DNA of 35,664 nucleotides from contig CAJNOJ010000205.1 in assembly GCA_905250025.1 (NCBI GenBank), positions 108,628 through 144,291 on the forward strand. The letters run 5' to 3'. Both the position numbers and the translations under genes were made by a program. Source of the DNA: Adineta ricciae (taxonomy: Eukaryota). Below the pieces are notes generated by a model. It did not search any database. It saw only the letters and a program-made list of their open reading frames with translations, and was not told where the DNA came from. Below, in pieces: positions 18,891 through 31,096 of this stretch (its first letter is position 1; each line of letters opens with the position of its first letter).

Positions 18891-20078
18891 CATCATTATG
18901 GGAATTTTTTGTTACAGAGTAGTACACATACTGAAGCTCCATGAATTGCCCGAACCAAGATTTGTATTCATTTTGATGAGCTTGGTTTTAGCTCTTGTCA
19001 TACACGATCTCCTCGAGTTCGAGTTTTAGTCGGTACATGAGAGCTGGATGGACAACAAAAATGGCATATGTCTCCCATGATCTCGAATTGCGGTAGAAAA
19101 TATTTATTACTTTGGCATAAACCAGTTGTCTTTTCTTCGTCTGGAATGCCAGTGTAGATAATTACGTTTGCTCTAGAATCTTTGACATCAAGTTCGATTT
19201 GACCATTCTTGCGAACAAGTTGACAATAGATACATTTATTTGGTTCACAGGCAGCGAAATAATTGTGATAAGTGCTTGTGTTGAGTCACTATTTGAGGTA
19301 TTGAACAGAGTGAAATCCGATGGTAACGATCTATTTATTTGCATGTCATGATCTAGGTGATTGACGATTGAAGAGATGCAATTGAACGAATAAAGACAGT
19401 TCAGTGTTGACATGCATAATCTATCGATAGGATAAGATCAGATGGACTGATGTGAAGTGGTTCTTGGCATGTACTGTTCATGAATGTGCAAAGGTATACC
19501 TCGAATAAGTTCAATTATTCGTCAAAATCGAAATAAGCGTCTAATGGTTTCTATTGCCAGTTTGAGAATAAGTAGAAAAAATTACAATCCTCTGTATTTC
19601 AAGTTCTTTAGCAGCAGGAAACGATTGTTTCTCTATCTGTGTCACGCTGTCATTTTTTTACGAGAAAAAGCCTGTGAATTCATTCTTCTACGGGCTTTTC
19701 TATTTGGCCTTTGAGTATTCTCATAAAAGCAAACATAATAACAATCAGTGTACTGCTAGAATTTGAGCAGGATTTAACATATCCGCACCCGCTGCAGAAG
19801 AAGTAAAAGGTTTTTAGTGTTCAGAAGTTAGTCATGCTCGCATTTATTTACATGAAAACCAGAAATATATCGACGGTTGAAAATAAAGAACGCATCTGTT
19901 TCAGCAACTTGTGCAATAACGTAGTCAGTATAAAACTACGAGATGAATAATGTAAAAAATATATGTCAATCTTTCTTTTTCTTGTTCTCGCCATGCACAA
20001 CGCTTTCAGAGCGGATGAGTCATCTACATCTACACGACATATTTGTACCTGATTGTTTGAAATTTTCCTCTAGATTAC

Positions 20079-23000
20079 TTGACTAGAATGTCTTCAGCGT
20101 CCGCATCCACGTTGTCTGGTAAAACCATTCTATTAGAACTTGGGTATGAAAAAGGCTTTAAAGCGAAACAAGAACTGATCAATTTCTTGCGAGAGCAACA
20201 CGCACGTGTTTCGTATATTCTTACAGCTAGTGTACGTATGTTTACTTTTGTACTTCAATCTGTAAAAATCTTTTTTTCCATCAAGACTGATTATGTTTTC
20301 ACGACGAATAATGTCGATAATTCGAAGACGCGTCGTGCCAAACAACTCGGTATTCCACTAATCGACGTCGAATATGTGCGTCAATATCGTTCCTCGTCTT
20401 CTGGACAAATATCGATTGATATCAATAAGTTTCTCATCAAATCGTCCGAAGATCAAGAGAATTTTACGAGAACTGGCACTATAACCGTCTTAGGTATTGT
20501 CGGATTCCTTGTATAACGACAAGCCTTCCTAAAATTGTTATAGAATCTCGACCGAATATGTGTAAAATCAATAAATTCGATGCCAGTAAAATCAAATTAT
20601 GGAATTCCGACGATGAAAAGCTGCCTTGCTTCGACGAACTGACGCATGGTGCTATTGGAAAATGGGCGATCTTTAAAGTATCCTCACATTGACCTGCTCA
20701 TCACTCTTCTTTTTTGATATTCTAGGAAACCACTGATAATTCCCACGTTTTCTTCGCTCTTGAACTTCAAATAATTCCCGAACAATACTACAATCCATCG
20801 ACAAGTGATTATCGCTTGCGATTTCGGTATGAAAAGCAAACTATTACAGAAGGAAAACAGCAAGACAAGAACATTTCGATTCAATATGCCTTTGGAAATG
20901 ATCCTAATGAGCAGCAACAATTATTTGCATTCTATTACAATCGAATATCCACGATGCCACGTATTACACGTATTCGCGACATGTTACCTAATCAATTAGG
21001 TTCAAAATTATTATTACGAGTGAGTTCCTTGCATGTACGGAAGAAAAGCTATGATTGAATTCGTTTTCAGTCGTTGTTCATGCATCGTCTTGATACACAA
21101 ATACTTGATGAGAATGTATGTCAATTGATTGAATCGATTTGGTTGGAGTCAGTTGGTGATGTGAATAAAATCTTGAGTGTCTCACCTGAATTCATCACTC
21201 TCAAAACGGTATGCACGTCTAAAAATGACTGATTTAGTCTCAAATCTACCGTGTTTAGATAGTTGAAGCCGAAGCCGCACTTCTTGAATTGAAATCTACC
21301 AATGATTCGGCAGCAGCAACACGCTTTTATTCGCTTTTACCACATCAACCGTCGTGTCAGATTGACCTCGTGAAAAATCGGCGCGCATTGATGGAAAAAC
21401 TAGATTTATGTCAAGTATGACAAATAGATATCTTTATCTTTTTTGTTGATCGTTTTAACTACCAACAGATGCTGAGGGACATGCTAACAGTGAATGAACT
21501 GACAAACTGGAACATGAAAGCGCCAATTGAAGCAAAATACAGAGCGTTAAAGTGCTACATAGAAGTTCTGTCGAGCTCGACACCTGAGTATAAGAATATT
21601 GCAAAGTTGATTCAATCATCATCCGATAGGTTAATCAATTTTCACCATTCGTTTTGAGAATACTGAATATACAACATTTTTATTCGTTACAGCAGTGAAC
21701 AAGTTCATATTCATAATATATTCAGCGTAGCAAAACAGAGTGATAGTTTGAATTTTCGTTCTACACTATCTTACCAACGGCAGTTATTTCATGGATCTAA
21801 ATATTCGAATTTCCTCGGAATTCTCTCTCGGTAAAACAGTTCATTTCTCATCGAAATTTGTCTATGTTGTCAAATTAGTGGTCTGGTTTTGCCGAAAATG
21901 GTGGCGGAAGACTTCGGTGTTGTGCGTACTGATATTGGTTGTCTTGGTTATGGAATTTATTTCTCAGATTCAATTTCTACATCTCTCAAATATACAACAG
22001 CAAGCACCGCACGACCCGGACGTCGACTGTTATGCATATGCCAAGTGGCATTAGGCGAATCGGCAAATTACTACTCATTTGCACCAAATCTTACAAAGCC
22101 TCCCGATGGCTTCCAGAGTACACATGGAGTCAAACGAACAGAAGATAATCACTCGATGTTTACTGTAAGTTTTAATTTAAGATGAATGCTCTGTTCATAA
22201 TTGGTTCTAGGATAATGAGTACGCAATCTATCAACTTGATCAACAGCTTTTACACTATGTCGTTGAAGTCTCTTGGGCACCAAAGGATGCTTTAAACATC
22301 CAATTGGAACGTTTACCAATCGTTCATCATCAACAATGTGCACTTGACGGTGTTTCAGTTGATGTTCCAACAACGATCGATGATGAAATTATCGAAATGG
22401 CGGAGCAAGATTATGGTTTGATATGTCCGTCATCAGGCAAAATCATTCCGCTACGATCATTTCATCTGCGTGCTCAAGTTGTTGACACAACAGTTGAAGT
22501 AATTCGATTCATTTTTCGATTTGAATGTCTAATTTTATCTTTAACATGCAATAGGTTGTCCTGTATCAAGTCTATTACAACACGAGTTCGATGCCCATCG
22601 AAGCTAAGTACGTTTTTCCATTAGATGAAAATTCCACGGTGTGTGGTTTCGAAGCCCATATTAATGACAAAGTGATTAAAGGTGTTGTCAAAGAAAAAGA
22701 ACAAGCGAAACAAGAATATCGCGAAGCTATTGCCAAAGGTCATGGTGCTTATCTAATGCATCAAGAAGAAGCTCAGGTTTTCAGTGTAGCTGTTGGTAAT
22801 TTACCTGCAAATACCGAAGTCATCATAAAGATAACCTACGTTGCCGAGCTAGAAATCGAAAATGGTGATATTATGTTCCGTCTGCCGGCGAAAATGACTT
22901 CTTGGCAATCAAAGCAAGCCATAGAAGCACGAGATCAATCGATTCTTCGATCGATCGGCATGGTCGACGAGAAAGTGGAATTCACTCTCAGAGCATCCAT

Positions 23001-26000
23001 TCGAATGCCATATAATATCACAAAACTATTTTCGCCAACACATCGTCTTCGTCGAAAAATAACCAATTGCATTGCCATGGTCGAACTCGTTGATAATGTT
23101 CTACTTGACCGAGATTTTATCCTCTCAATCACACTCAATAGTCCGAATTTACCTCGAATATCGACTGAAACCTTGGAAAATTCCAGTTCTCAGGCATGCA
23201 TGTTAACGTTTTACCCAAAATTTGAAACACCAGCTAATTCTCGTGAAGAAATCGAGATTATATTTATTGTTGATGTGTCCAATTCAATGGATGGTACTCA
23301 TGTACACCAAGCGAAACAATTGGCTCATTTATTCCTCACTAACTTATCAATTAATGATGTGAAGACGTATTTTAACATCATTACTTTTGGATCAGGTATG
23401 ATATATTACACAATTTATTGATTGCTATAATAGAATTCGATTTAGATAATGATGAATGCTTTCCTATATCTGTACCAATAACGAGAGAAAATCTTGACAA
23501 AGCTAAACATTTTGTTCTGGTTTGTTACTTTTCTTGAAATAAGTGTCTTCCTCTACTGAATTCATTCTAGCATTCACTGATTCATCGTGGTAATACAGAT
23601 CTATTCTCTGTTCTTCACCGTTACTCACTATTGCCATCCAAATTTTCACGTCAATTTATTCTACTATCTGATGGACACATTCATGACCTCCAGTCGATTC
23701 TCACTCTACTCAAACACCAATCAACATTCCGTCGTGATCGTTTGTTTACCTGTTCAATTGGTAATGTTGCAAATAAGCATTGTCTGAAGCAGCTGGCTAA
23801 CGAAGCAAGTGGAGGTGGTCTAACGATCATATTCGACTCGAATTACCGATCGAAATGGAAAGCTAAAGTGTTAAATCTTCTCGAACATGTTCGACAGCCA
23901 TGTGTGACTAGTATATCGATCGATTGGAATGGTCATATCGATGAACAGGAAAGGTTTCATATGCAAGCACCAAAAACAATTCGTTCTCTATTCAACGGAA
24001 TGCAACTTACTGTTTATCGATTTGTACAGAATTGTCATAAGGCAACGCTGACGGCAATGGTCGACGGACAAGAATTTGTTACCACTGTATTTAGCAATCC
24101 GATGACAATGACAACAGGACGTATTCTACACTGTTTAACTGCGCGAGCGATCATCGATGATTATGCTAATGGGCTATTAGATGCTGATGAAAGTGAAAAT
24201 GAACTAATCAAAGTTCAATATAAGCAAGATCTTATCGATCTGAGCATCAAACATTCAGTTGTTAGTGCGTACACAAGTTTTGTTGCTATCGAAGAGCGTG
24301 ATACGAAATCGAATGTCAAAAATCGTCAATTAGGTAAGCGAAACGAACTAGTACACATTGATATTGAAGTTTTCATTACTGGCCATAGGAGTTCGTCTGC
24401 TTGATATCATGCTGGAAAATGACACGGATCTACTTCCATACATGGGATGGGATGGTGATGTGTCAAATGTGTTAATAATGAAACAAAAACTCATCGATGC
24501 ATGTACTTTACTCGATAGTACACCGATTCAAAGGAAAAAAGAGGTGATTGTTGATATTGAAAAACTTTGTGAAAGTATTTCCTATCGAGCAAGTGGAGAT
24601 GCAAAGTGTGAGATCATGATGAATATCATACGGACGTGTCGGTATTCGTTAAATGAATATGATAAAGCGGATGAAATCGAACAGAAAATGCGGCAAGGTA
24701 GATGATTTGCAGGAACGAATTATGCATTCCTTCGTTTATTTCGAAAAATATTCAGATATACTGATGGAGATGGTAGGTGCAACAGCAGAAGAACGACAGG
24801 TGTTAAAACAACAGTGTCAAGCGAAAAACTTGATATTTACGGATGATGAAATGTATGTAAAATAGCTATGAGTATATCAGAATAAGATTTCTTGCTTTTG
24901 TAGAGATTTGTTGTCTTCCTACGATGGTAAGAAGGCGATTATTCACTCAGACGTAATGATATTTCTTTGTCATAGAAATCAGTGATTCATTTGGAGCGGA
25001 TTTCAAGAACTTAACACCAATTGATCGAACGAAGAAAATGAGAGAATTAACAACTATGGTATGAACATTGAATACTATTTGAGCTATGACGTTTCTTTGT
25101 AGTTAGGTGAAAAGACAGATTTCGATAACGGATGCTTCTTACCAACTACCTCAACTGAAGGAAAGATCATGCCATCCTCGGTAGTTGAGGAACAGGTTTT
25201 ACCGGCAGTAGAACAAGATCCATGGGAAAACATATTACAAGAGCTAGCAACGACAGATGATTGGAGTACGGCTGATTTCGGCTTTCTGGATTGCCTGGAC
25301 GAAACATCCTATGTCGAAATTAGTGAGTACCTATGAAGACCTAATAGTGATTTTCTACGCGTATTCATCCGCATGTTATTGTGGATAACGACATATACGC
25401 TTTTGTTTGTAGCCAGTCGTCTAGATCAAGTACGATCGAGAAGAATGCGTATGTTTCAAGATGCCGAAATCGAAGAGAAAGACGGAGATGTTGACGTATC
25501 CTCATTAATTAATCTGCCTCTTGGTGGAGAAGATCGTCCAGCGGATTTAAATTTACGCTCAGAATCGGACGTTGGATATGTGCCGACACCTAATAATGAA
25601 AAATCTATAGAGGAAAACGACGAGATGGAAAGTAGGTCTGGATATTGTTCAAACTCCTTTTTATTGTGCCTATTATAGTGGAAACAGCTCGTGCATCATC
25701 GATATCGTTGCTTGCGAAATCTGAACACGATACTACAACAACACGTGCAGCGACGTCTACACCTACTACAATTGAATCAGACAGCTTGTATCGAAGGATA
25801 TCATTAGTGGATGAGACTCGATTGAATGCGTCTCAACGTCGTAGTGGCTGCATGTCATCTTCGGCTCCATCAGAACCGAAGATTAGTAAGTTAAGATGAC
25901 TCGTTTTCGTTTTGATTATTCATTTTCATTAATGCATCACGAATACAGAAACACGTGCATCGAGTCCACCTCTTCCTGAAAGGCATGAAGGTCCATCATG

Positions 26001-26898
26001 TGCGACGAACGAATCCACAAGTCTCCATACCAGAGCAGATGACAAAGTAATATCCGAATGCTCACAATTTGTGCTCATGGATCAAGATGAACGACGCCAA
26101 GAGACGCGTAGTCCCATCAGATATACGCCGACAGACGAGCCAGTACGTAGATTAGAAAAAATATTTCTCCACAAAAAGTCTACCTATTCTCAGGAGCTAC
26201 AAACTCGACGAGTTGAATTGTCACGTTTGGCTTCAAACGCAAAACTGAAGAACGAAAGGCGCAAACAGGAGATGCTAGCTGAAAAGAACGTTTTCGGAGA
26301 TATCATAGACATCTCCACCTTCTATCAAAATTCGATGGCTATGTGTGATTTACTACTTATCGATGTATGTCCACTTGGACTGGGCATTGGGGATATTCAC
26401 GGTCAAATGCACACATTAATTCGTCGTAATACGACGATTCCAACACGAACTCAATTTTGGCCAATATTTACCAATGCTTATGCTTATCAAGCAACAGCTA
26501 CCATTCGTATATTCGAAGGTGAACATAAGTTAACGAAATACAATGTACGTTGTAGTCCAATACCATCGACTGTTTTTGAATAATCCTATGTTGATTGTAG
26601 GAATTTTTGGGTGAGTTCGATCTTTCCGGTTTAACGAGTAATTTCACTTCTCGAACACTTCAAATATCTGTTCGTATGGATATTGATGCGAATGGTATAC
26701 TTCGCATCGATGCTGAAGAAGAACTTTCCGGTGTCAAAGCTACATATACCGTCTATAACTCGAGTGAAAAAAGTTCGATATTTATTTATTTGTATTCGTA
26801 ATGACGCTTTTGATATAATCATGTAGGGCTGTCGAGCGATGACATTCAACGGCATCTCATATTCGTAGGAGGTCAAACGGATGCTGCAGCTAAATCTG
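20079..26898 (+). CDS. PARP4 / vault-PARP-like gene, multi-exon (more than 20 exons): BRCT, PARP regulatory helical, PARP catalytic, VIT and VWA domains, with a phase-consistent splice chain continuing into a C-terminal HSP70-type substrate-binding (SBD-beta) domain. The 3' end is uncertain and may extend to ~27850
   Basis: BRCT exons 20079-20231 and 20286-20493 (MTRMSSA…ILTAS / TDYVFTTNNVDNSKTRRAKQLGIPLIDVEYV). PARP regulatory region 21070-21640 (…MLRDMLTVNELTNWNMKAPIEAKYRALKCYIEVL). Catalytic core is LFHGSKYSNFLGILS (21750-21830), YGIYFSDSISTSLKY, LLCICQVALGE (21880-22165) and DNEYAIYQLDQQLLHYVVEV (22212-). VIT at 22440-22900 (LRAQVVDTTVEV…MPIEAKYVFPLDENSTVCGFEAHINDKVIKGVVKEKEQAKQEY). VWA is EIEIIFIVDVSNSMDG (23240-) and continues through 24332. 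Phase-consistent junctions run from 24332 to 26827 (listed in the first finding). Confidence 0.75.
25949..26898 (+). CDS. Exons encoding an HSP70-like substrate-binding beta-sandwich domain (25949..26544, 26601..26763, 26827..26898), part of the PARP4-like splice chain
   Basis: MCDLLLIDVCPLGLGIGDIHGQMHTLIRRNTTIPTRTQFWPIFTNAYAYQATATIRIFEGEHKLTKYN | [54 protein letters not shown] | RLSSDDIQRHLIF… aligns motif for motif with canonical HSP70 SBD-beta ([32 protein letters not shown]…YEGER.[38 protein letters not shown]…GRLSKEEIERMV). The introns fall at positions that restore this alignment. No HSP70 ATPase (NBD) sequence is upstream. Confidence 0.65.
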
Positions 26899-27901
26899 GT
26901 TAGTCTTACACTAGTCGAAATATTATTTATGTTTCATTGTTTCCTGTATAGTTTACGATCGTACACCCGATGATCCGTTGTGTCAAGTTCGTACTATAAT
27001 ATCTTTTTATGGGTTGATTTTGTGTATTTTCGACTAGCTCGGTGGACAAGTTCAGGTCATGCAGCATAACTTCTCTGGTGAATTTGCTGATACAAATCCA
27101 CTAGGTTGGTTATCACCTGTCAGTATATATCATATCTTTGTGAATGTATAGATCAAACAACTGATATTTCACTGTTGAGAAAGTTGAAAGATGTTTGCTC
27201 TACATCTACAATCATCAACGAACTTATGATACTTCAATTTGAAGTCTGATCACTTTTGATACATTGTTAAAATATCGCTAACGTTGTTTCATTGAATATA
27301 GGATGGGTCGTTTATTTTGAACAAGCAGTTAGCCGATGTTTTTCATCTTGATTGTGCAGTTTTTCAAAGTCTTGAACACTATTTAGCTGAACGTGGTTTC
27401 AAATCACTCGGTAAGCTTTCACTATGTGTAAAATCATGGAGAAACAGCGATCTATGGTTACAGCTTTGAACTTACAAAACGAAATTCTTCGTTTGATCGG
27501 TACCGGTCTCATCCTTCTCTGGCTTGTCCACCAAACTCAAGTATCGCATTCTAATTCGCTCGAATTTTCCTTCAGCATTGAGCAAATCAAAGTAACTCAA
27601 GTCGCTTTCTTTACACATTCGGCAATCTTTTTTTTTTTTGGATATCCATCAGATTCATCTTTGCACGAATTATCCTTCTGACATCCACGAACAAATTCTG
27701 AAGGCCATTGACTTTTATCAACGAATCAGTCAACAGCACGGTATCTATTGCCAACAACTAGAGCTCGAGGGCTCATCATGGAACATGTTTGTTCAATATC
27801 TGTTCTTCGCTGACGGTCTTCATAAAACAAACAACGTTTAACAATGTGAAGGCATGGAAAAAAAAACTTTTATTGAGATTAAATAAAAAAAGAAAGAAGA
27901 T

Positions 27902-28375
27902 TTATTGAGCAGTAATGTCTGTTTCTACTTCGAAAACTGGTATCTTTGGCAGTTTTTCTTTGAATATTGGAAAATCTATAACGAAGCAACGCCAGAAATC
28001 TGGTTTCACAATAAATGTCACACAGAGACCACCGCGTGGACAACACCAACAACCAATATAGTTCTTGCAAGTCTTATTTGCTATGTCCTTGAATTTTTGC
28101 GCATTCGCTGACATAAATCGACGATAAAGGGCCCAGCAATCCGTTGGTGGTTTGATAATTATATCATAAGGAATTAATTTTAACGCACGATATTGATGTT
28201 TATCGATAGGTTCGACTTCGACGACATTTTTATCACATTCAGCCAGCCCTTTGAACAGTTCTTCACTTATTTCAAGTTGGCCTGTTTCAGTATCAGCTCT
28301 TTCGATGGTAGCTGCATTGATGTTTGAGCAAAAGAATATTGTAATAGTTAAGATGAATGCTGATGCTTTGTACAT
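27902..28375 (-). CDS. Small secreted cysteine-rich protein (~157 aa from the Met at 28375; the longer ORF extends to 28495), unknown family
   Basis: MYKASAFILTITIFFCSNINAATIE… is a typical signal peptide. The mature part has about 9 Cys including CWCCPRGGLC. No recognisable domain. Confidence 0.45.
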   Translation of the reverse strand: MYKASAFILTITIFFCSNINAATIERADTETGQLEISEELFKGLAECDKNVVEVEPIDKHQYRALKLIPYDIIIKPPTDCWALYRRFMSANAQKFKDIANKTCKNYIGCWCCPRGGLCVTFIVKPDFWRCFVIDFPIFKEKLPKIPVFEVETDITAQ

Positions 28376-28859
28376 TTTGAATGAAGTTTCACAAGATTCT
28401 AACCGATATTTATACGCAAACGAGATATATGTGTGTGCGTAGAAGAAAATGATGCGTAACAAGTATGTGTGTCGATCGGTTTCTATTGACGTCATTGGTT
28501 TTGATCATGAATATATGACTTAGTTCGAAATCGATGAGTGATATTTGCGCATCAGAATATAAAAATAGAACAGAGGAGAAAGTTAGCAGTCAGACCTGAT
28601 TAGATTTTGATGAAAAATAATACGTTTTTCTTTTAACACACCTCGACCATTATAGAGGGAAACGCCAGATTTGCGGATGAACAGATAGATGAATTATACA
28701 GCTCTACCTTGAAAAAAAGAAATCTGTAAGAATGACGTGCACGTCAAAATCAGTTACATTCTAATCTTTTCTCCGACAGCAGAAAGAAATGACGTGTATT
28801 TAATGTCTTTCTCAACAATCTAATATACATCAGTATTTACGCTATACTACTGATTACCA

Positions 28860-29873
28860 ATGTCAGTTGCTTCTACTTCTAGTCTAACAGTCATATTCAA
28901 CAGTGTTAATTGGTCGTTTAACTATGTTATACTGCCGATTTGTTTCATATTAGGAAATGCCGGTAATTGTCTGAACTTGTTGATCTTTGCACGATCGTCA
29001 TCGCGATCAAACTCGTGTTTCCTTTATTTTCTATCTGCATCAGTTATCAACGTAATTATACTGAATTTCGGTCTTGTACTTCGTTTATTGCGTGGCTTGT
29101 GGAATATTGATCCTGCGCTAACCTTATTATGGTTTTGCCGTTTACGTACCTATTTGGTAGGAGCAAGTTTTTTAATCTATCGATTATCGATTCTGTTTGC
29201 TTGTGTTGACCGAATGTGTGCGAGTTCCCGCAGTGCATGGATACGAATGGAAAGTCGTCCGAAAGTTGCTTATCGTTTGATCATATTAATATGGATCATT
29301 TGTGCCATCTATTTATCACCATCTCTAATATATCAGACGATAGTCTATGGTCAATGTTTAGCGCCACCGAACACTATATATGCAACTTACTCAACTATAT
29401 CCACGTTGATTCAAGGATTGTTCATTCCTTCGAGTATGATTCTGTGTGGTATCATTACTTTTCTTCACTTGAAAATGATGCAAAAACGAGTGGAACCACT
29501 ACATAATCTCACAGGACAAAATGAACGTCACATCCTCGGTCAATACCTTGCGATGTTAGTTGTCCAAGTTATTACCGATTTCTTATGTAATATATTGTAC
29601 CCGGCTTATTTAATCTATAATCTTATCTCCCCAGCACCAACCCCAACGACTTTATTCATTTTGAATCTGGCATTCACAACACCTTATTTAAACTTCAGCG
29701 CCGCATTTTATTTGTATACACTATCAAGTCCAAAATTCCGTCGTAAACTAGTTCGTGCTTTGAAACAAATCAAATGGATTCGTCAAAATTCACCGGATGA
29801 TCGAAGTCATGGACACACCGCAACTGCAGTTTCATTGCGTCATCAACCAGTTATAACTGCTTTGTACGCATAG
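28860..29873 (+). CDS. Rhodopsin-like (class A) 7TM receptor, 337 aa, intronless
   Basis: Seven hydrophobic segments. GNAGNCLNLLIF in TM1. DRY-equivalent ACVDRMCAS after TM3. NPxxY-like FSAAFYLY in TM7. The frame-shifted internal ORFs 29056-29238 and 29216-29506 are spurious. Confidence 0.75.
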   Translation: MSVASTSSLTVIFNSVNWSFNYVILPICFILGNAGNCLNLLIFARSSSRSNSCFLYFLSASVINVIILNFGLVLRLLRGLWNIDPALTLLWFCRLRTYLVGASFLIYRLSILFACVDRMCASSRSAWIRMESRPKVAYRLIILIWIICAIYLSPSLIYQTIVYGQCLAPPNTIYATYSTISTLIQGLFIPSSMILCGIITFLHLKMMQKRVEPLHNLTGQNERHILGQYLAMLVVQVITDFLCNILYPAYLIYNLISPAPTPTTLFILNLAFTTPYLNFSAAFYLYTLSSPKFRRKLVRALKQIKWIRQNSPDDRSHGHTATAVSLRHQPVITALYA

Positions 29874-30639
29874 TTTTCTCAGTATGCATTTGATATTGTG
29901 TGTGGTACCACATCTATTTTCTCTTGTCCTTATATTAAAGGGTGTTGTGACTCGAGTACTATTTTCGATGAGATTTTATATGAGCATACATCACGTACTG
30001 CACTTCCTTCTATTCATGATTCTATGGAACATGCTTTGGATGATCTCTGCTCTCGAGGTAGTCTTATCGGATGTATTAAGTCAAGATGTCAACGAAGGGC
30101 TATGTAAGCTCATTTCACTTATGTTAGAATGGTGCACTACTGATCACCAGAGACGAAAAATACTTTCATCTTCATTCTCAATTGATCGTGTAGTGCAATA
30201 AAAATAGGAATATTAAAGAAGATAAAAGTACTGCCGATGACAAATATGGTTATCACAATTGGAAAAGACAGACAAAAATAGGACACATATGACATTTGAT
30301 GGAACATTTATTTTACTGTGAGCTTTGCCAAATAAAAATATTGTCCTTGTTTCGTCGGATTTTGTTTTATGACGATTAATCGTCTAAATCGACAGAAATT
30401 TTATGAAAATTCTGTTTTTGATTCGCGCGGGGTTGGATTTTTGAAGGAGGCGTCATATCTTGTTCTGGAAAATCAAACACTTCAAAACTACGCGCCTGTC
30501 AGCCGCATCGCATCTGAGTTTTTTTTCTAGAAATGGCTGTTTTTAGCATGAAGAAGGGTGAGGGTTCGTAATTAAATATCACGAAAGCTTAATGTATTTT
30601 CTCTTTTACAAATCTATCCGCAACAAATGTCAGACACAC

Positions 30640-30930
30640 CTGCTTCTATGGTCAATCAACTATATTCAATAGCGTCAGTTGCGGTCGTTTAACTATGTTA
30701 TACTGCCGATTTGTTTCATATTAGGAAATGCCGGTAATTGCCTGAACCTGTTGACCTTTGCACGACCGCCATCGCGATCAAACTCGTGTTTCCTTTATTT
30801 TCTATCTGCATCAGTTATCAACATAATTATACTGATGTCCTATGTAATATATTGTACCCAGCTACTTTGGTCTGCAGCCTCATATTTTGAAACGAGTCAG
30901 ATAGATTCGTCGAAACTCACCAAATAATCA
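30640..30930 (+). pseudogene. Decayed partial duplicate of the 28860-29873 receptor gene (N-terminus/TM1-TM2, a short TM6 piece and the 3' end, joined by two internal deletions)
   Basis: 30650-30838 is ~93% identical to 28880-29068 (…NYVILPICFILGNAGNCLNLLTFARPPSRSNSCFLYFLSASVINIIIL). 30839-30868 matches 29583-29608 (cttatgtaatatattgtaccc). 30895-30945 resembles 29775-29830. The copy lacks more than 60% of the CDS. Confidence 0.6.
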
Positions 30931-31096
30931 ACACACTCGGGAAGCTAACGGAAACACCCCTATGCTTAATTTCCGTGCGTCTTCGAGAAATGACAGCGTT
31001 ATATCATTAGTTGTTTCATGGTCTCAGTGTGAATGGCAACATGTGAAGCGAATAGAATCTTTATTAATCCATCTCTTTTAAAGTTGAATAAACTTA

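Noticed and set aside
19160-19720. Short ORFs (83 aa minus strand, 76 aa plus strand) in the 18.6-20.0 kb intergenic region
   Set aside because: No recognisable motifs and typical random-ORF length for ~33% GC sequence. Regarded as intergenic or promoter region of the PARP-like gene.
26071-26897. Treating the HSP70-like SBD region as an HSP70 pseudogene fragment
   Set aside because: The SBD motifs are interrupted exactly by GT-AG introns that restore frame and alignment, and the open frame continues far upstream into non-HSP70 exons. This fits a functional spliced gene using the SBD as a domain rather than a dead HSP70 copy. Kept as a finding instead.
29884-30201. ORFs 29884-30201 and 29898-30107 downstream of the receptor gene
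   Set aside because: Two overlapping frames with no homology signal, low-complexity composition and no splice or ATG context. Likely 3' UTR or intergenic sequence.
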